From Carcharhinus amblyrhynchos (taxonomy: Eukaryota): 64,000 nucleotides of DNA. The translations under genes were made by a program, and so were the position numbers. Location: the NCBI GenBank assembly GCA_965287045.1, contig OZ336885.1, positions 63,798,001 through 63,862,000 on the forward strand, written 5' to 3'. How positions within the stretch are numbered: position 1 is the first letter of the stretch; the number at the start of each line of letters is the position of its first letter. Positions 1 through 12,702 of this stretch are shown here, piece by piece. The notes beneath the pieces are model-generated. The model was not told the origin of the DNA. It saw nothing but the letters and a program-made list of their open reading frames with translations, and did not search any database.

Positions 1-194
1 GCAGGTAGCATGAAACTGTTCCGAATGTTTTAATGCAGCAATGGGATTTGCGATTGTCTGTTAAATGAGTCGAGGGGATACTCCCGAGCATTTTGTGTAT
101 GCTGGACATCACTGTTATTTCACAATGATGGAAGAGTGAGTGAATTTACGGCAGCATATCAATAAGCGTGTTAAATAACGTGGGTGTTAATGAA

Positions 195-370
195 AACGAA
201 AATGAAGCAGATGCTGCGGATACGAAATAAAAAAAAAGATCAGAATGTGAGTGCGTTTAGTTTCGAGAAATATTATATTTGTTCCCGTCTGTCCTCAGAT
301 GCTAGCAAGACGCACAGAGCTCCTCCAGAAACTTATTTTTCTCCATCATTTGTAGTCTGCATTTTATTGA
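195..370. repeat. Degenerate Penelope-derived palindromic repeat remnant
   Basis: 'gcagatgctgcggatacgaaataaaaa...' and '...cagatgctagcaagacgcacagagctcctccag...' resemble the two arms of the repeat also seen at 29790-29910 and 37630-37880. Confidence 0.4.
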
Positions 371-904
371 TTGTTCATGGATCTAGACTCCAAATTTCCC
401 ATCATACATCAAAAACTCACGATGTGCCACGCAGATGGTGGATTGGAACTGAGAAATAAATAAGGAGTCATCCACATTCGAATTGCATTTATCTTAAAGA
501 TTTGGCCCTTGAATATGTTGGAATCGATGGAAAATTCCGTTAAGTATAGTGCTTCATTATGTTTGATTCAGTACTGGGATGCACAGAGTATTTGGGAATG
601 GAAAAACATGTTGAGAGGAGCAGGTAGATCGGTTAAAATCTCACCATAAAATAAAATGCTGAAGCAAATTACTTAGGATGAAAAGTTGACCGGAATTTTT
701 GTTTTTTGCTCTTATATTATCAAGATAATACAGAATGTACCTTTCATTGCAATCACAGTAGGTATACTGGTAAAGATATAATTCATTGCCAATTATGACC
801 ATGTGTGTATTATCAAGAGGGAAGTCAACAATGGCGATCATGATGGCTGTCCGGGGAAAATCCCTTTGCAGATGCCACATGGATTCGGTCATTTTTTGAC
901 GCGT

Positions 905-1030
905 ATTTTATTTATTCGTGGGGCATAGGATCACTGTTGGCCAATATTTATTGTCCGTCATCCGTTGAGCTTGAGAAGTTGGTGGTGAGCTGCTTTTGGG
1001 AATAACTATAGTCCAGTGTTATCTGTTAAC
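905..1030 (-). mobile_element. LINE/SINE 3' tail fragment
   Basis: Reverse complement resembles the 3' tails at about 17340-17430 and 54790-54890 (cagctcaccaccaacttctcaag...aataaatattggcc). Confidence 0.5.
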
Positions 1031-1544
1031 CTACCTATGTACTGTGGATATGCTTTCAGGATCATTTGACAAAGATTGGGAGTGTATTCTTTGTAACGTC
1101 ACGTACTCCTGTGGAGCGTAAATGGTACTGGAACTTGTAACGTCAAAAAAAAACTAATTTTACTTCTCATATTAATTCGCAGGGATGTCATTTCGAACAG
1201 TTGAACAAACCTGAATTTCGGAGTTTCTTACAGGAATTGCTTCAACACTGAAATTTGTGGAAGGTGAATGAGGAATAGTTTTTTTTCGTGGTATGTTTCC
1301 AACTCCTGGACTCATTTGAAGTGCAGGACAAACAAGAGCCAAATTCTCTGGTTCACGTTGGCTTTTGTTTTGGCTACGGCACTTTGAGGTAAGTTCAACA
1401 TAATCTCGCTGTCACTTAAATTCGCACATCGTAAGTGATTGCCCTGCTCTTTTGGCATTTGACATATCCTCCGATTCGCAAAAAGAATCGAAAATAGGTA
1501 TTTTAAACACGTTAACAATAAATGTGAATAATGCATAATCATAC

Positions 1545-1580
1545 CTTTTTCCTCGATAATGTCCTTTAATGCATGACATT
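1545..1580 (-). CDS. 36-nt phase 1-1 micro-exon ECHALKDIIEEK of coiled-coil gene
   Basis: Acceptor cgttttaacctccag, donor AAG|gtatga; open in phase 1; aligns with the other five 36-nt exons (L5, hydrophobic 2 and 9). Confidence 0.75.
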
Positions 1581-2744
1581 CTGGAGGTTAAAACGATTAA
1601 TCATCATTAGATATTGTTCGACTAAATGTGTTGATGTTTAGTACAATGCTTATCACTGCAAAGATCATTTTTGCCGTCTAACCGTTTGCCGCAGAACATT
1701 TTGGAACGAAAATGTGAAAACCGCTGGATGAAATTAAAATAAAATAAAACGTAGGTGTATTTTGTTCTGGGCACGACTGGTAGGAGAAGCCCATTTTAAA
1801 TATCAACTATTCTCATTTTCAGTGAACACATAACAGCTGATGTGTGGACTGTATATTGTTTATTATACGTTTAAGTATATCTTGCTTACGATTCTGGATA
1901 TCAGTTAATGCCATAAAATGGCTGTTTTAGTGGGCAACAAAATTGGAAGTGCACCAAATGAAATTGCAGCAAAAATATCCTTTTATTTTCTATTCATTAA
2001 TTGACGCATTTCAAATGTATACATTGCTGCCTTTACCGGATTAAATGACAAATCAGTCTTGTCATTGCCAACAATCGTATAAGTTAGTTGTGAAGTAGAC
2101 TGTGAGCAATATTAGATCACGAGATTCAGTTATGATATGATTAAGGATTTACTGTTCGCAATTGACAAATTATTTCGAACGTTGTGACGGCGAGGGAACA
2201 TTAGCGAACTACGTTTGTAAGGGATGGTTGGGCATCAAAGAATATTACTTGCCTGGTTGAAAAATTTCCACAGGCATATGCACACATTTGCCTGGAAATT
2301 AGTTCAGATTTATGTATTGGAACATGGAAAATAATTACACAAAGTTATGCCTCCTCTGAACGACGATATCATTTGTGTCTAAAATTACATCAGTGTTGTG
2401 TCGTTTTCGCATGATGACATGAGTTATTTGAATGAAAGCAGGAACAATACTTCAATCGGCACAAAGGCAAGTTAAAATGCAATTAAAATTAGCACAACAT
2501 CAAAAGCTGCAGCCTAGCATGTGCATAAAGAACGCTGGCTTGTGCGGCAGTCCCTCGAGTCTGTCTGACATGTTCCGTATCAGCGCACCTCAAGGATAGC
2601 TGTTAAATGAAAAAAAAATGCTTGCTTTTGTACTGTGCATTTGACTGTGTGTGTGTTTGTTTGCCTGACATTATGTGCAGGTGCTTCGCTATCTCTCCAT
2701 TCTTGTTTCAGTGCGTGTGTTTGTGCCCGAACATGCGCGCGTGC

Positions 2745-2749
2745 GTGGT

Positions 2750-2794
<45 letters not shown>

Positions 2795-2840
2795 GGAGGT
2801 GGAGGGGGCAGAGGGAGAGATAGAGAAAGAAAGAGAGAGT
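2745..2840. repeat. (TG)n(AG)n compound microsatellite
   Basis: Directly visible. Confidence 0.95.
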
Positions 2841-2890
2841 TTATATCTGGCTGTGAGTGATCGTATGCATTACTTTGGTATCGGTTGATA

Positions 2891-5238
2891 TAGAACATAG
2901 AACATAGAACATAGAACATTACAGCGCAGAACAGGCCCTTCGGCCCACGATGTTGCGCCGACCAGTTACAAAAACAATGACCCACTAGCCTATACCAATC
3001 CCTTTTCATCCATAAACCTAACCACAGATCTCTTAAACGCCCCCAAACTAGGCGCATTTACAACTGCAGCAGGCAGGGCATTCCAATCCCTCACCACCCG
3101 CTGGGTAAAGAACCTACCCCTGACATCCGTCCTGTAGCTACCCCCCCTTAATTTAAAGCCATGCCCCCTCGTGCTAGCTTTCTCCATCCGAGGAAAAAGG
3201 CTATCACTATCCACCCTATCTAAACCACTAATCATCTTATATGTTTCAATAAGATCCCCTCTTAGCCGCCTTCTTTCCAACGAAAACAACCCCAAATCCC
3301 TCAGTCTCTCCTCATAGGACCTCCCCACCATACCAGGCAACATCCTAGTAAACCTCCTCTGCACCCTCTCCAAAGCCTCCACATCCTTCTTGTAATGTGG
3401 GGACCAGAACTGCACACAGTACTCCAAGTGCGGCCGCACCAGAGTAGTGTACAGTTGCAACATGACGCTGCGACTCCAAAATTCAATCCCCCTACCAATA
3501 AACGCCAAGACACCGTACGCCTTCTTAACAACCTTATCTACTTGATTCCCAACTTTCAGGGATCTATGTACACATACACCCAGTTCCCTCTGTTCATCCA
3601 CACTATTCAAAGTCCTCCCGTTAGCCCTATACTCGACACATCTGTTGCTCCTACCAAAGTGAATTACCTCACACTTCTCCGCATTAAATTCCATCCGCCA
3701 CCTCTCGGCCCAGCTCTGCAACCTATCTAAGCCTCCCTGCAGACTATGCAACCCTTCCTCACAATCTACCACACCTCCGACTTTGGTGTTATCAGCAAAT
3801 TTACTAATCCACCCAACTATACCCTCATCCAGATCATTAATAAAGATTACAAACAACAGTGACCCCAAAACAGATCCCTGAGGCACACCACTCGTAACCG
3901 AACTCCATGATGAATATTTACCATCAACCACCACCCTCTGTCTCCTATCTGATAGCCAATTCCTGATCCAACTTCTTAGGTTACCCACATCCCATACATC
4001 TGCATTTTCTGCAGAAGCCTACCGTGGTGAACCTTATCGAACGCCTTACTAAAATCCATATATACCACGTCAACTGCCTTGCCCCCATCCACCTCTTTGG
4101 TCACCTTCTCAAAAAACTCAATAAGGTTAGTAAGGCACCACCTACCCGCTACAAAACCATGCTGACTATTTCTAATCAATTCATTACACTCCAAATAACT
4201 ATAAATCCTATCCCTAATAATTTTTTTCTAAAACCTTGCCCACAACAGAAGTAAGAATCACCGGTCTATAATTCCCGGCAAAGTCTCTGTTCCCCTTCTT
4301 AAACAATGGGACAACATTCGCTATCCTCCAATCCTCCGGGACTACACCAGAGACCAATGACGACCTGAAGATCAGAGCCAGAGGCTCTGCAATCACCTCT
4401 CTAGCCTCCCAGAGAATCCTAGGGTAGATCCCATCCGGACCAGATTGGACTAGGAGATTTATCTATTTTCAGCCCCTCAAGAATATCCCTCACATCCCCC
4501 TTATCAACCGTAATACTGTCTATTTTACACCCCTGCAACCCAGTGTCCTCCTCAGCTATATTCATGTCCCCCTGCGTGAACACCGAAGAGAAATATTGGT
4601 TCAATGCTTCTCCAATCTCCTCCGGTTCCACACACAACTTCCCTCTGCTGTCTGTAACTGACCCTAATCTTGCCCTGACCAACGTTCTGTTCCTGACATA
4701 CCTATAGAATGCCTTAGGATTCTCCGTAATCCTATCAGCCAAGATCTTCTCATGTCCTCTTTTAGCCCTCCTTAACTCCCTCTTCAACTCCCTCCTAGCC
4801 AATCTAAAGCTTTCTAGTGCACTACCTGAGCCCTCAAATCTCATCCGAACATAAGCCTCCTTTTTCTTTTTAACCATCGACTCAACTCTTTTAGTGCACC
4901 ACGGTTCCCTAGATCTACCAATTCCTCCATGCCTGACAGGGACATACCTATCAAAGACTCGCAGTAGCTGCTCCTTGAAAAAAATCCACATTTCGGACGT
5001 TCCCAGTCCCTGTAATCTCCTAGTCCAATCTATGCTTCCTAATTCACTCCTAATAGCCTCATAATTACCCTTACCCCAGCTAAAACTACTGACCCGAGGT
5101 TCATGCCTGTCCCTTCCCATCACTAAGGTGAACGTAACCGAATTATGGTCACTATCACCAAAATGCACACCAACTTCCAAGTCTAGCACCTGGTCTGGCT
5201 CATTTCCCAGCAGCAAATCCAATATAGCCTCACCTCTA
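2891..5238 (-). mobile_element. CR1-clade (HER1-like) LINE, 5'-truncated, frameshifted ORF2 (APE C-terminus + RT)
   Basis: ORFs 4419-5222 (HFGDSDHN), 4214-4396 (GNYRPVILTS), 3976-4194 (YMDFSKAFDKV), 2990-3988 (SGVPQGSVLG, KFADNTK, RPHLEYCVQFWSP); 3' tail gggccgaagggcctg followed by (TGTTCTA)n. Confidence 0.95.
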
Positions 5239-5325
5239 TATTGTTATGTTACAAATATGCAATGTTGTCTTCAGCACGTTGCTAACATTGAAGTATTGCA
5301 ATAGATAATTGATATGTATTGAGAA

Positions 5326-5327
<2 letters not shown>

Positions 5328-5387
<60 letters not shown>

Positions 5388-5400
5388 ACACACACACGCA
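5328..5400. repeat. (CA)n microsatellite
   Basis: Directly visible. Confidence 0.95.
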
Positions 5401-6814
5401 CATTGGACGGGCAACTCAAGGCAACTGTTCTCGGCCGATATGCTCTACCCGATTTCAATCCCACAAAGCAATGCTGCAGATGTCCAATCGCCATACTTCG
5501 GCAAACATATAGTTTGCTTATCATTGTTGCACTTGAGTCGCTTTTACATGGTGCAAAGAATTCCAAAGGATATGTTGTCATCCATAGATGAACACATGCA
5601 CACCTACGCCAGAGAAGTGCTTGGAGAAAACGTCAGACTTTTCATGTATCTCAACATCCAAATCTAACTTTCTAAGTTTCTGTTAGTTATTTTCGACTGT
5701 GTTGCAAGAGCTTGTTATTACACGCATCAACGTTGTCCGTGTAAAGCATTCCCTAAGGTGGGCCAATCAACACTCTGAACAATCTTTGGAAATGTAATTT
5801 TTGGTTCACTTCCCTGCTGCACTGTATGAATATTATATAATTACAATATCCTCGAATATTTCGTATGCCACTAGAGGATTCAATGAATATCGCTTCACTG
5901 CCACAGCGTTAAGAATAATTTTAATTAGTTGCAACAATTCCCATGTATCACAGTTTTATCAAGATGAGGAAGGAACATTTTATTTGTTTTTTTTTGCTTC
6001 GTACGTGTATTCGTACAGTGCTGCTTTTGAACATTTAGAAAATCAATGCCCCATATGCAGTACATTAATTTCATCACTATTCAAGAGTATAACAAAGAAT
6101 AAATACAGATCACTTACTGCAGAGTAATCAAAGTTTAATGACGGTTCAACATTTCCATGCCGAACAATGCTGCACTTTCGCAACAAAATAATTCATGTCT
6201 TCAAACATGAAGACCACTGAAACAACCTGAACTGTTCAGTTTAAACTGAATACGACATTTTTGCTCCTGGAAAAAAAGTACATTCATTTCTCTCCTAGCC
6301 ACCGCCTCCACCCCGCCCCTCCCCCAACTTCTCATATCCTCTCCACCCACCGCTCGTCCCCCCCGCCGAAAACATGCTGGACTTTCGTATTTTACGAGCA
6401 TTGTAAAACACCTCAGCTTGAAATCTCCGTTTATTTACTGTGGTTCACTTCCAATCATTTCTTCCCAAATGAATTGCACCCCACCGAAAATGGACATTCC
6501 TGTTCAGTTTTCGTCTCTCTGACAGCATTCTCTATTCTCGTAGTAAAACGTCATGCTATCCTGTCCTGTCCACAAGTTGGAGCGAATTAAACTCATCCGT
6601 CTGCCTTAGCATCAGTAACTGTCAAATGTCTTGATACCTGCTGCAGGCTCTCACAGCTGTGACATTAAATTGATTTGCGATTTTGCCGCACCCTCAGTCG
6701 ACGTCTCTAAAATCTAACTTTTCATTTTTGTGGAGCTCCCATGCAAATTCGAAACGCCAATAGTTTCTCCCTCCACAGGTGGAGACAGACGTGCAGAATT
6801 TCTGCAAGATTATG

Positions 6815-7150
6815 AGAGTCAAGGACCGAGTGCGTAATAAACTATTGTTCCCATAGTTGAAAAGTCAGTTGGGGCGGGGGTGGGGGTCGGTCGATGAGGG
6901 ACTGGAAATAAACGGGAGACGTGAGTAAACACTTTTTTTAACTCAGAAGATGGTTATGGACTGAAATGCATTGCCTGGGAGGATGGTAGAGACGGGACAC
7001 TCCAATTCTTTTAAAATTTTTGGATGACCAATTGTCACATCAGAACATTAGGGGATCTCTACCAGCATGCGGAATTAGTACGGCGTTCTGTTGTTCTGAA
7101 ATTATCTAAGAAGACTTGGTTTTCCGAATGGTCTGTTCTGTGCTGTTAGA
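6815..7150 (+). mobile_element. Degenerate CR1 3' fragment
   Basis: 'actcagaagatggttatggactgaaatgcattgcctgggaggatggtagag' resembles TQRVVxxWNALP coding; tail 'ccgaatggtctgttctgtgctgtta'. Confidence 0.65.
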
Positions 7151-8771
7151 TACAATGATTTTATGCTGCGTTTTAGGATTTCGGATGATAGGAAATAGTC
7201 TGTTTAAATACTTTTGATGTCTTAGTTTCATATCTGCCCTGGGATTTTTTTTTTTAACAATAATGAAGAGGAGATGAATCATGCAACTGCAGATGGTAGT
7301 CTTACTGAGATGAGTAGGTACTAAATTTCCTGAACTGCTTGTGGAAGTTGCAAAAGAAAACCTCATTTTAGCCTCGAATGGGCCTTTTTTTCTGTAGATC
7401 GTGCCAGAAATTCGGCTTTTATAATGAGGACAGTTTTACATTAATTAACATGGATCTGTCGTTAGCAATGAAGCAAAATAATCTGAGTTGTGCGATATGA
7501 TTAGAAGTTCAAATAAGTGGACAAAATTAATTTATTATTAGGAACTGATTAGGCTTTAAATTTGAACCGAATGTGCAATTTGTTTAATGAAATCAGATTT
7601 GAGGACATTTTGTTTCACACACTGATTCATACTGAGTGCACTTAGTTCTCAGAAGCATTAAGACTACAGGGATGGTGAATGTTTTCTGTGAAAAAAAATC
7701 TGATCACAATTTCAGGAGAATGTTCTTGCAAAAGCGTGGAAGTGAGCGTTAAAATTGGTAAAACTGGATTTCCCCACGAAGGGCTAGCATGGTATCGATG
7801 GTCCGAATGGGTTCGACAATGTCATTGGTGACGCTTTCATTCTTCGCAAGTCAACTCCCAATAATTTGAACGTTCATTATTTTTATTTTCAAATATGATA
7901 AATATGCTCCAAAAATAAGTTGCCGTCCTTGCATAAATAGCAAAAATTCTAGCGCTTAAAGTCGATGTATTTTGCACACTTATCAATTGAATTATAGGCT
8001 ACACGATTAAAGTGATGGATCCGATTAGGAAATACTAGTACTCTCTTCATGGAACAATGTGGGTAACCAGTGTTCCATTTTTACCACTCTGCCACTTTGA
8101 AACCCACGATGACGTCAACTAGCAATCCATAATGATACGTGTTCCGTTTAATCCACAGTTTTGTGGTTATCACGGACCATTTTTAAAATGCCATTGTGAC
8201 GGAAGTTTTTTTTTATATAGCCTACTTACAGGATGGAGAAGCCGAATATTCATTGGATGTAGCGGGTTTGTGAAACTAGTGAAGCAACTAACCAAATTCA
8301 ATTAAAACATTACTGCAAGTCAAAAAAAAACTGGTGATTTAAATTTATGGAATAAACAAGGCCACATATCCGGCACTTCTCATGCTTGTCGGGCAGCGAG
8401 CCAACACATTGAATTCAACTGTCCAGCGTTATCTCTATACTAGTGAAGATCACTGCAATTGAATAACTAATTTATGCCTATTTCCAATTCGTTGATGGCT
8501 TATGACTTCACTGCTTTGTTAACCAGACACTTCTAAGTCTTAATATATCTGTGGGTGATTAACAACGTTAAACAACGCCATTTGACCCAGCCTCACACTA
8601 CAATTTTCCTTCGACACTATTGGGAATCATTTCAAATCTAGCTTACCTAAAACAAATAGATAGGCAGACTGCATCTATTATGATTTGGCCCACCTGAAAT
8701 TTGTGTAAAACAACAAATTTGCATGCAGAAGAATCACTATTTGAGAGAAAAGATAGGCAGTCAAAACCCAC

Positions 8772-8812
8772 CGACAAATTTCCGGAAGTGTCAACATCGT
8801 GGAAAATCTCTT
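8772..8812 (-). CDS. Candidate exon EEIFHDVDTSGNLS (41 nt; 45 nt with alternative donor), uncertain
   Basis: Acceptor tatctaacag, donor TCG|gtgggt; starts in phase 1 after the 9599 exon but does not match the repeat motif. Confidence 0.25.
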
Positions 8813-9598
8813 CTGTTAGATAATTGTATCGTTTATATTTTGGAATGACACGAGCAGCAAACATTCCTCGTCGTTGAACTAATAGTTCATATGTTTTCAG
8901 CATAAACATCAATGCAGTTGTGCAACTTGCTTGACATATGAATGAATGGATGCAATGTAATTTCATATCTACCTCATCAAGCTATTCTGATACCTCCAGA
9001 GATCTGTGGACGCCCACTCGAGAATGCAATGGTTAAAGTCAACTAAAGACTGAAAAGGGAGCCGTAATCTCCTAATCTCTCAAAGGTCCATTTGAGTACA
9101 ATTTGTATTGCTTCTAAATTAGGTTGGAACATAGTGCAAAACAACTTGACGCAGACAAGCACTAAATTAATGTATATTTCTTGCACTCATGGAAGTTCCC
9201 TGAAACAGGCCGCAGATTTAAGTGTACTCTGCATAATAGACTATGCATTGGGATTGAGTAGTAACAAACATCTCCGAAATTTTGTACGATTGGAACACGT
9301 GACATTGCATAGCATGTCAATACCTGTGCAGTGTGAAAAGGAGGCGTGTTTACCTTGAAATTTTAGACATAAATAATCTACTGAATGACACTCTTCAATT
9401 TTCTACTTTCCTATTACTGATGGCGTATCTACAGGAAATGGGTGGCTGCGAATTGAAAACACCGCTCTCGAAGTAAAGCAAATTGAGTGGCAAAAAAAAA
9501 CATTTCAAGTGCAAACTGTTTGGGAGGAACAAAAAGGCAGCACATACATAAAAGGGAGATGCTTAATTTACGCAAATGGACTACATGCACATTCTTAC

Positions 9599-9625
9599 CC
9601 GTGTCCTGCTTTCTTAATTTTTGAT
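9599..9625 (-). CDS. 27-nt phase 1-1 micro-exon DQKLRKQDT
   Basis: Acceptor attgttttcttag, donor CGG|gtaaga; resembles DEETREKDS and EQNIAKKDE (D at position 8). Confidence 0.75.
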
Positions 9626-10377
9626 CTAAGAAAACAATTTTAAAATGAGTAAATGCATTCATTTTAATGCAACTCAATCAGTTTTTGCAAATTAATGTGG
9701 TGAGTGGATGGCATGCAATTTTTATTATTTTTTGATCCTCACTGGGAACTGTCCAATTGCTTATGAAATTAAAACATGCACAAAGAAGGAATAAAGAAAG
9801 AACAAAGGAATGATAGAAACAAAAACAAGAATATCATAATTTGGTTAAAAGAAATGAATATATAAGCCAAAGTAGACGACCATTACTGCTAGTGTCTTCT
9901 GCTATCAAATCATTCAAAAAAAAACTGGATTTTCTCTTAAATTCTAAACATCAAATGTTGTTCCAGAAAATGAGACGAAAATGGAGGAGGTGACGAACAG
10001 AAAGAGCAAGGTGAGGGTGTATTAGTCTCAATAAGGAGTACTATGAAATGGACACAGAACCGCTGAGTTGTCTCCAGGAATACAGACGAAATGGGTGGCG
10101 CAATTGTTGCTTTCACTTCAGGAAATGTGTCAGGCGCCAGACGACCAGACTCATCTGAAGGACGAATAATCGTGTCACTGTGGAAAGTTCATAGTTTGCT
10201 AATCTTGATGCAACCGATTCGGAATGCAACGACTGCATGTCAAAATGGGACATGCTCTACACTTTATCCCAGGAAGTTTAAATCTGAGCCGCACAATAAA
10301 TTTCAATTCGTAAGCCTGATAGTTGAGCAATCTATGCAAAGGCTTTGAGCACGCAAGAACATCTTAGGAAGACGAAC

Positions 10378-10404
10378 CTTTAACCAAGTCGATGATCTCT
10401 AAAT
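10378..10404 (-). CDS. 27-nt phase 1-1 micro-exon DLEIIDLVK
   Basis: Acceptor catattcttag, donor AAG|gttcgt (moderate); starts with DLE like the 60307 exon and occupies the same position in the module. Confidence 0.5.
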
Positions 10405-11449
10405 CTAAGAATATGGCCTGGCAATTAACACCATTTAGGGCCAAAGGAATAAGCAGAACAATCACATGTAATCACCCAGTTTCCAAATATTGGTAACTCT
10501 TCGACCACACCAACATTGCGAGAGATTTTTGCATCAGCATATCATGTCAATAACAGCCACTCGGAGAGTTATTCTTTTCCAGCCGTGAGGAACGGAAAAA
10601 AAGTCACAGAAAATGAACAGAGACGCAATCACAGATTGCACCAGCTTGCAATTTTCAGTTACAGTTTTACTTCTAAACTTCACAAAGCAACATTAATACA
10701 AGCTGCCTGTAATTTAAATTATGTAAACTGTTTGACAAATTGTGAGCTCTCCGATATCTTGGACACTCCCCCTTTATGTTCGTTATGAGATCATTTCAGG
10801 GCGATGGAATGGCTTATTTTGTGATTGTCCTTCCAGCTGAATTAGTCGCTTAAAAGCGTTCCATCCAGTTATACTGCAATTTTCAGGTTTTGTAGAGTCT
10901 TACAAAGCCTCGACATTGCAATGAAGGTGAACAGCTTATCCAACATAGGAAGCAACTGCTAGAAGATGGTCTGTGAAACCTAACATTGTGGAACGTTCGC
11001 CAATAATGGTAAAGAGATACAGTCCTTAATTCAGCAGTATTTTAAAGTGACGTTTGGCTGAATATTTGAACAAACCCTGGAGAAAACAACACCATCACTG
11101 TCAGTTGTGAAAGCTCGTGATATCTGAAAATGCATGTGCCGTGGCAGTAATAATGATTGTCAAAAGCATAGCCAGCAAGCAATTTTGCAGGCACCGACGA
11201 CATTTCATGTTTTATTCATAGTTATTAGGATGAATAATTATCGGGAACTCCTGGGTACACACTGCTAACAGTTAAGCGTAGAATGACACCTTGAAATCCA
11301 GACGTGTGAGGCTTAGTGAAGAGTTTTGATGAAATCCAGTTCAGAAATTTCACCTCCGGCATGAAGGTCTTCAACTCCATTGCTCACTCAATTGCGTCTC
11401 TGGACTGCAAGATCGAAAATAAAGGTGGGTGGGTGGTTCATCATTGAAG

Positions 11450-11630
11450 GGGGTGATGGCATAATGATATTATCGCTAGGCTATTGATCTGGAAACTTTG
11501 CTAACGCTTCGTGATCTGGGATCAAATGCCGACATGAAGCTGATGGAATTTGAAATCAGTAATATTAACTGAAATGAGGAATCAACTGATGTACCGACAA
11601 TGCTGTCCAACTGCACTAAAACCTCATACC
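11450..11630 (+). mobile_element. Degenerate tRNA-derived SINE (SacSINE/DeuSINE-like)
   Basis: A-box-like 'tggcataatga', B-box-like 'gggatcaaatgcc', then 'gatggaatttgaaatca'; related pieces at about 21470, 27920 and 51790. Confidence 0.45.
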
Positions 11631-12610
11631 ATTGCAGGAATCATAACCCGATTTTCCCTTCATATTCATTATTTGTTACGGCGCCCCTTAAAACGTCACT
11701 ATTGTATCTGATTCCATTAGCTTCGCGGCAGTGAGTTTCAGTCACCCGCCACCCTCTGCCTTAAAAAAAACTGGTACATCTCCTTTGAACCTTGCCCCTC
11801 GCGCCTTAAACTAATGTCCCTTTATAATTGGCACTTCTGCCCTGGAAATTGTTCTGACTATCCATTCTGTTCATACTGCTCATAGACTTGTAGACTTCTA
11901 TCAGGTCGCCCGTCAATCACCCTGGTGCCAATGAGAACAAACCAGGTTTCTCCACACTATCCTCACACCAGACAGTATTCTGATGAATATTTTCTCAACT
12001 CTCTCCAAAACATGCAAACGCTTATGGTATTGTGGCGACCAGAACTGAATGCTATATTCCAAGTGTGGCCTAGATAATGGGAAAAAGCTGAAACATGACT
12101 TGATACTTTTAAACTCAATGCCTGGCCTATAAAGACAACCATCCCACATGCCTTGTTAACCACCTTCTCAACCAGCCGTGCGTATTTCTGTGACTTTGTA
12201 TCTGTGTGCATAGATCCGTTTGCCTGTCAATACTCCTAAGGTTACTGCCATCTATTGCATGTTTCCCATTTGCATTTGACTTTCCGAAATGCATTATCTC
12301 GCATTTGTACGAATTAAACTCCATCTCTCATCTCTCCGATCAAGTCTTCAATCGATCTTTACCCTGCTGTATCGTCTGAAGGTCCTTATTGGTAAACTCA
12401 TTTCCACTAACCTTTCTGTACCTGCATAGCTCTGAGTCCTGAGGAAATCCTCTTGTAACCGCCCTCCATTCAGAAACGCACCCGTCTACTGCTACACTCT
12501 GCTTACTGTGAAACAGTCATGATGTGGGTATGCCGGAGTTGGACTGGCGTAAACACAGTAAAAAGTCTGACAACACCAGGTTTTAGTCCAACCTATTTAT
12601 TTGATAATAT

Positions 12611-12651
12611 ACTCACAAGCTTTCGAGGGACACCCTCTTCGTCAGGTGAAT
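12611..12651 (-). ncRNA. Minimal type I hammerhead ribozyme motif (mirror copy)
   Basis: Exact reverse complement of 12662-12702. Confidence 0.7.
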
Positions 12652-12661
12652 GGAACTCTCC

Positions 12662-12702
12662 ATTCACCTGACGAAGAGGGTGTCCCTCGAAAGCTTGTGA
12701 GT
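12662..12702 (+). ncRNA. Minimal type I hammerhead ribozyme motif
   Basis: attcac-CTGACGA-a-gaggg(tgt)ccctc-GAAA-gc-TT-gtgagt: stem I, CUGANGA box, stem II, GAAA box, palindromic AAGCUU in place of stem III, UH site; AATAAA about 10 nt downstream. Confidence 0.7.

Noticed and set aside
2607-2888. ORFs with VC/RE/HT runs (also 5282-5591, 41759-41971, 51363-51575)
   Set aside because: Translations of microsatellites
2990-3988. 332-aa reverse transcriptase ORF as a functional gene or retron-like system
   Set aside because: Part of a 5'-truncated, frameshifted CR1 ORF2 with the catalytic motif altered (FADN instead of FADD)
6113-8693. Chain of other minus-strand exon-like segments (near 8647-8693, 8231-8276, 7306-7329, 6210-6249, plus a GC-donor one near 2255-2293)
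   Set aside because: Phases can be stitched together, but the peptides match neither the repeat nor a known domain; indistinguishable from chance splice-like sites
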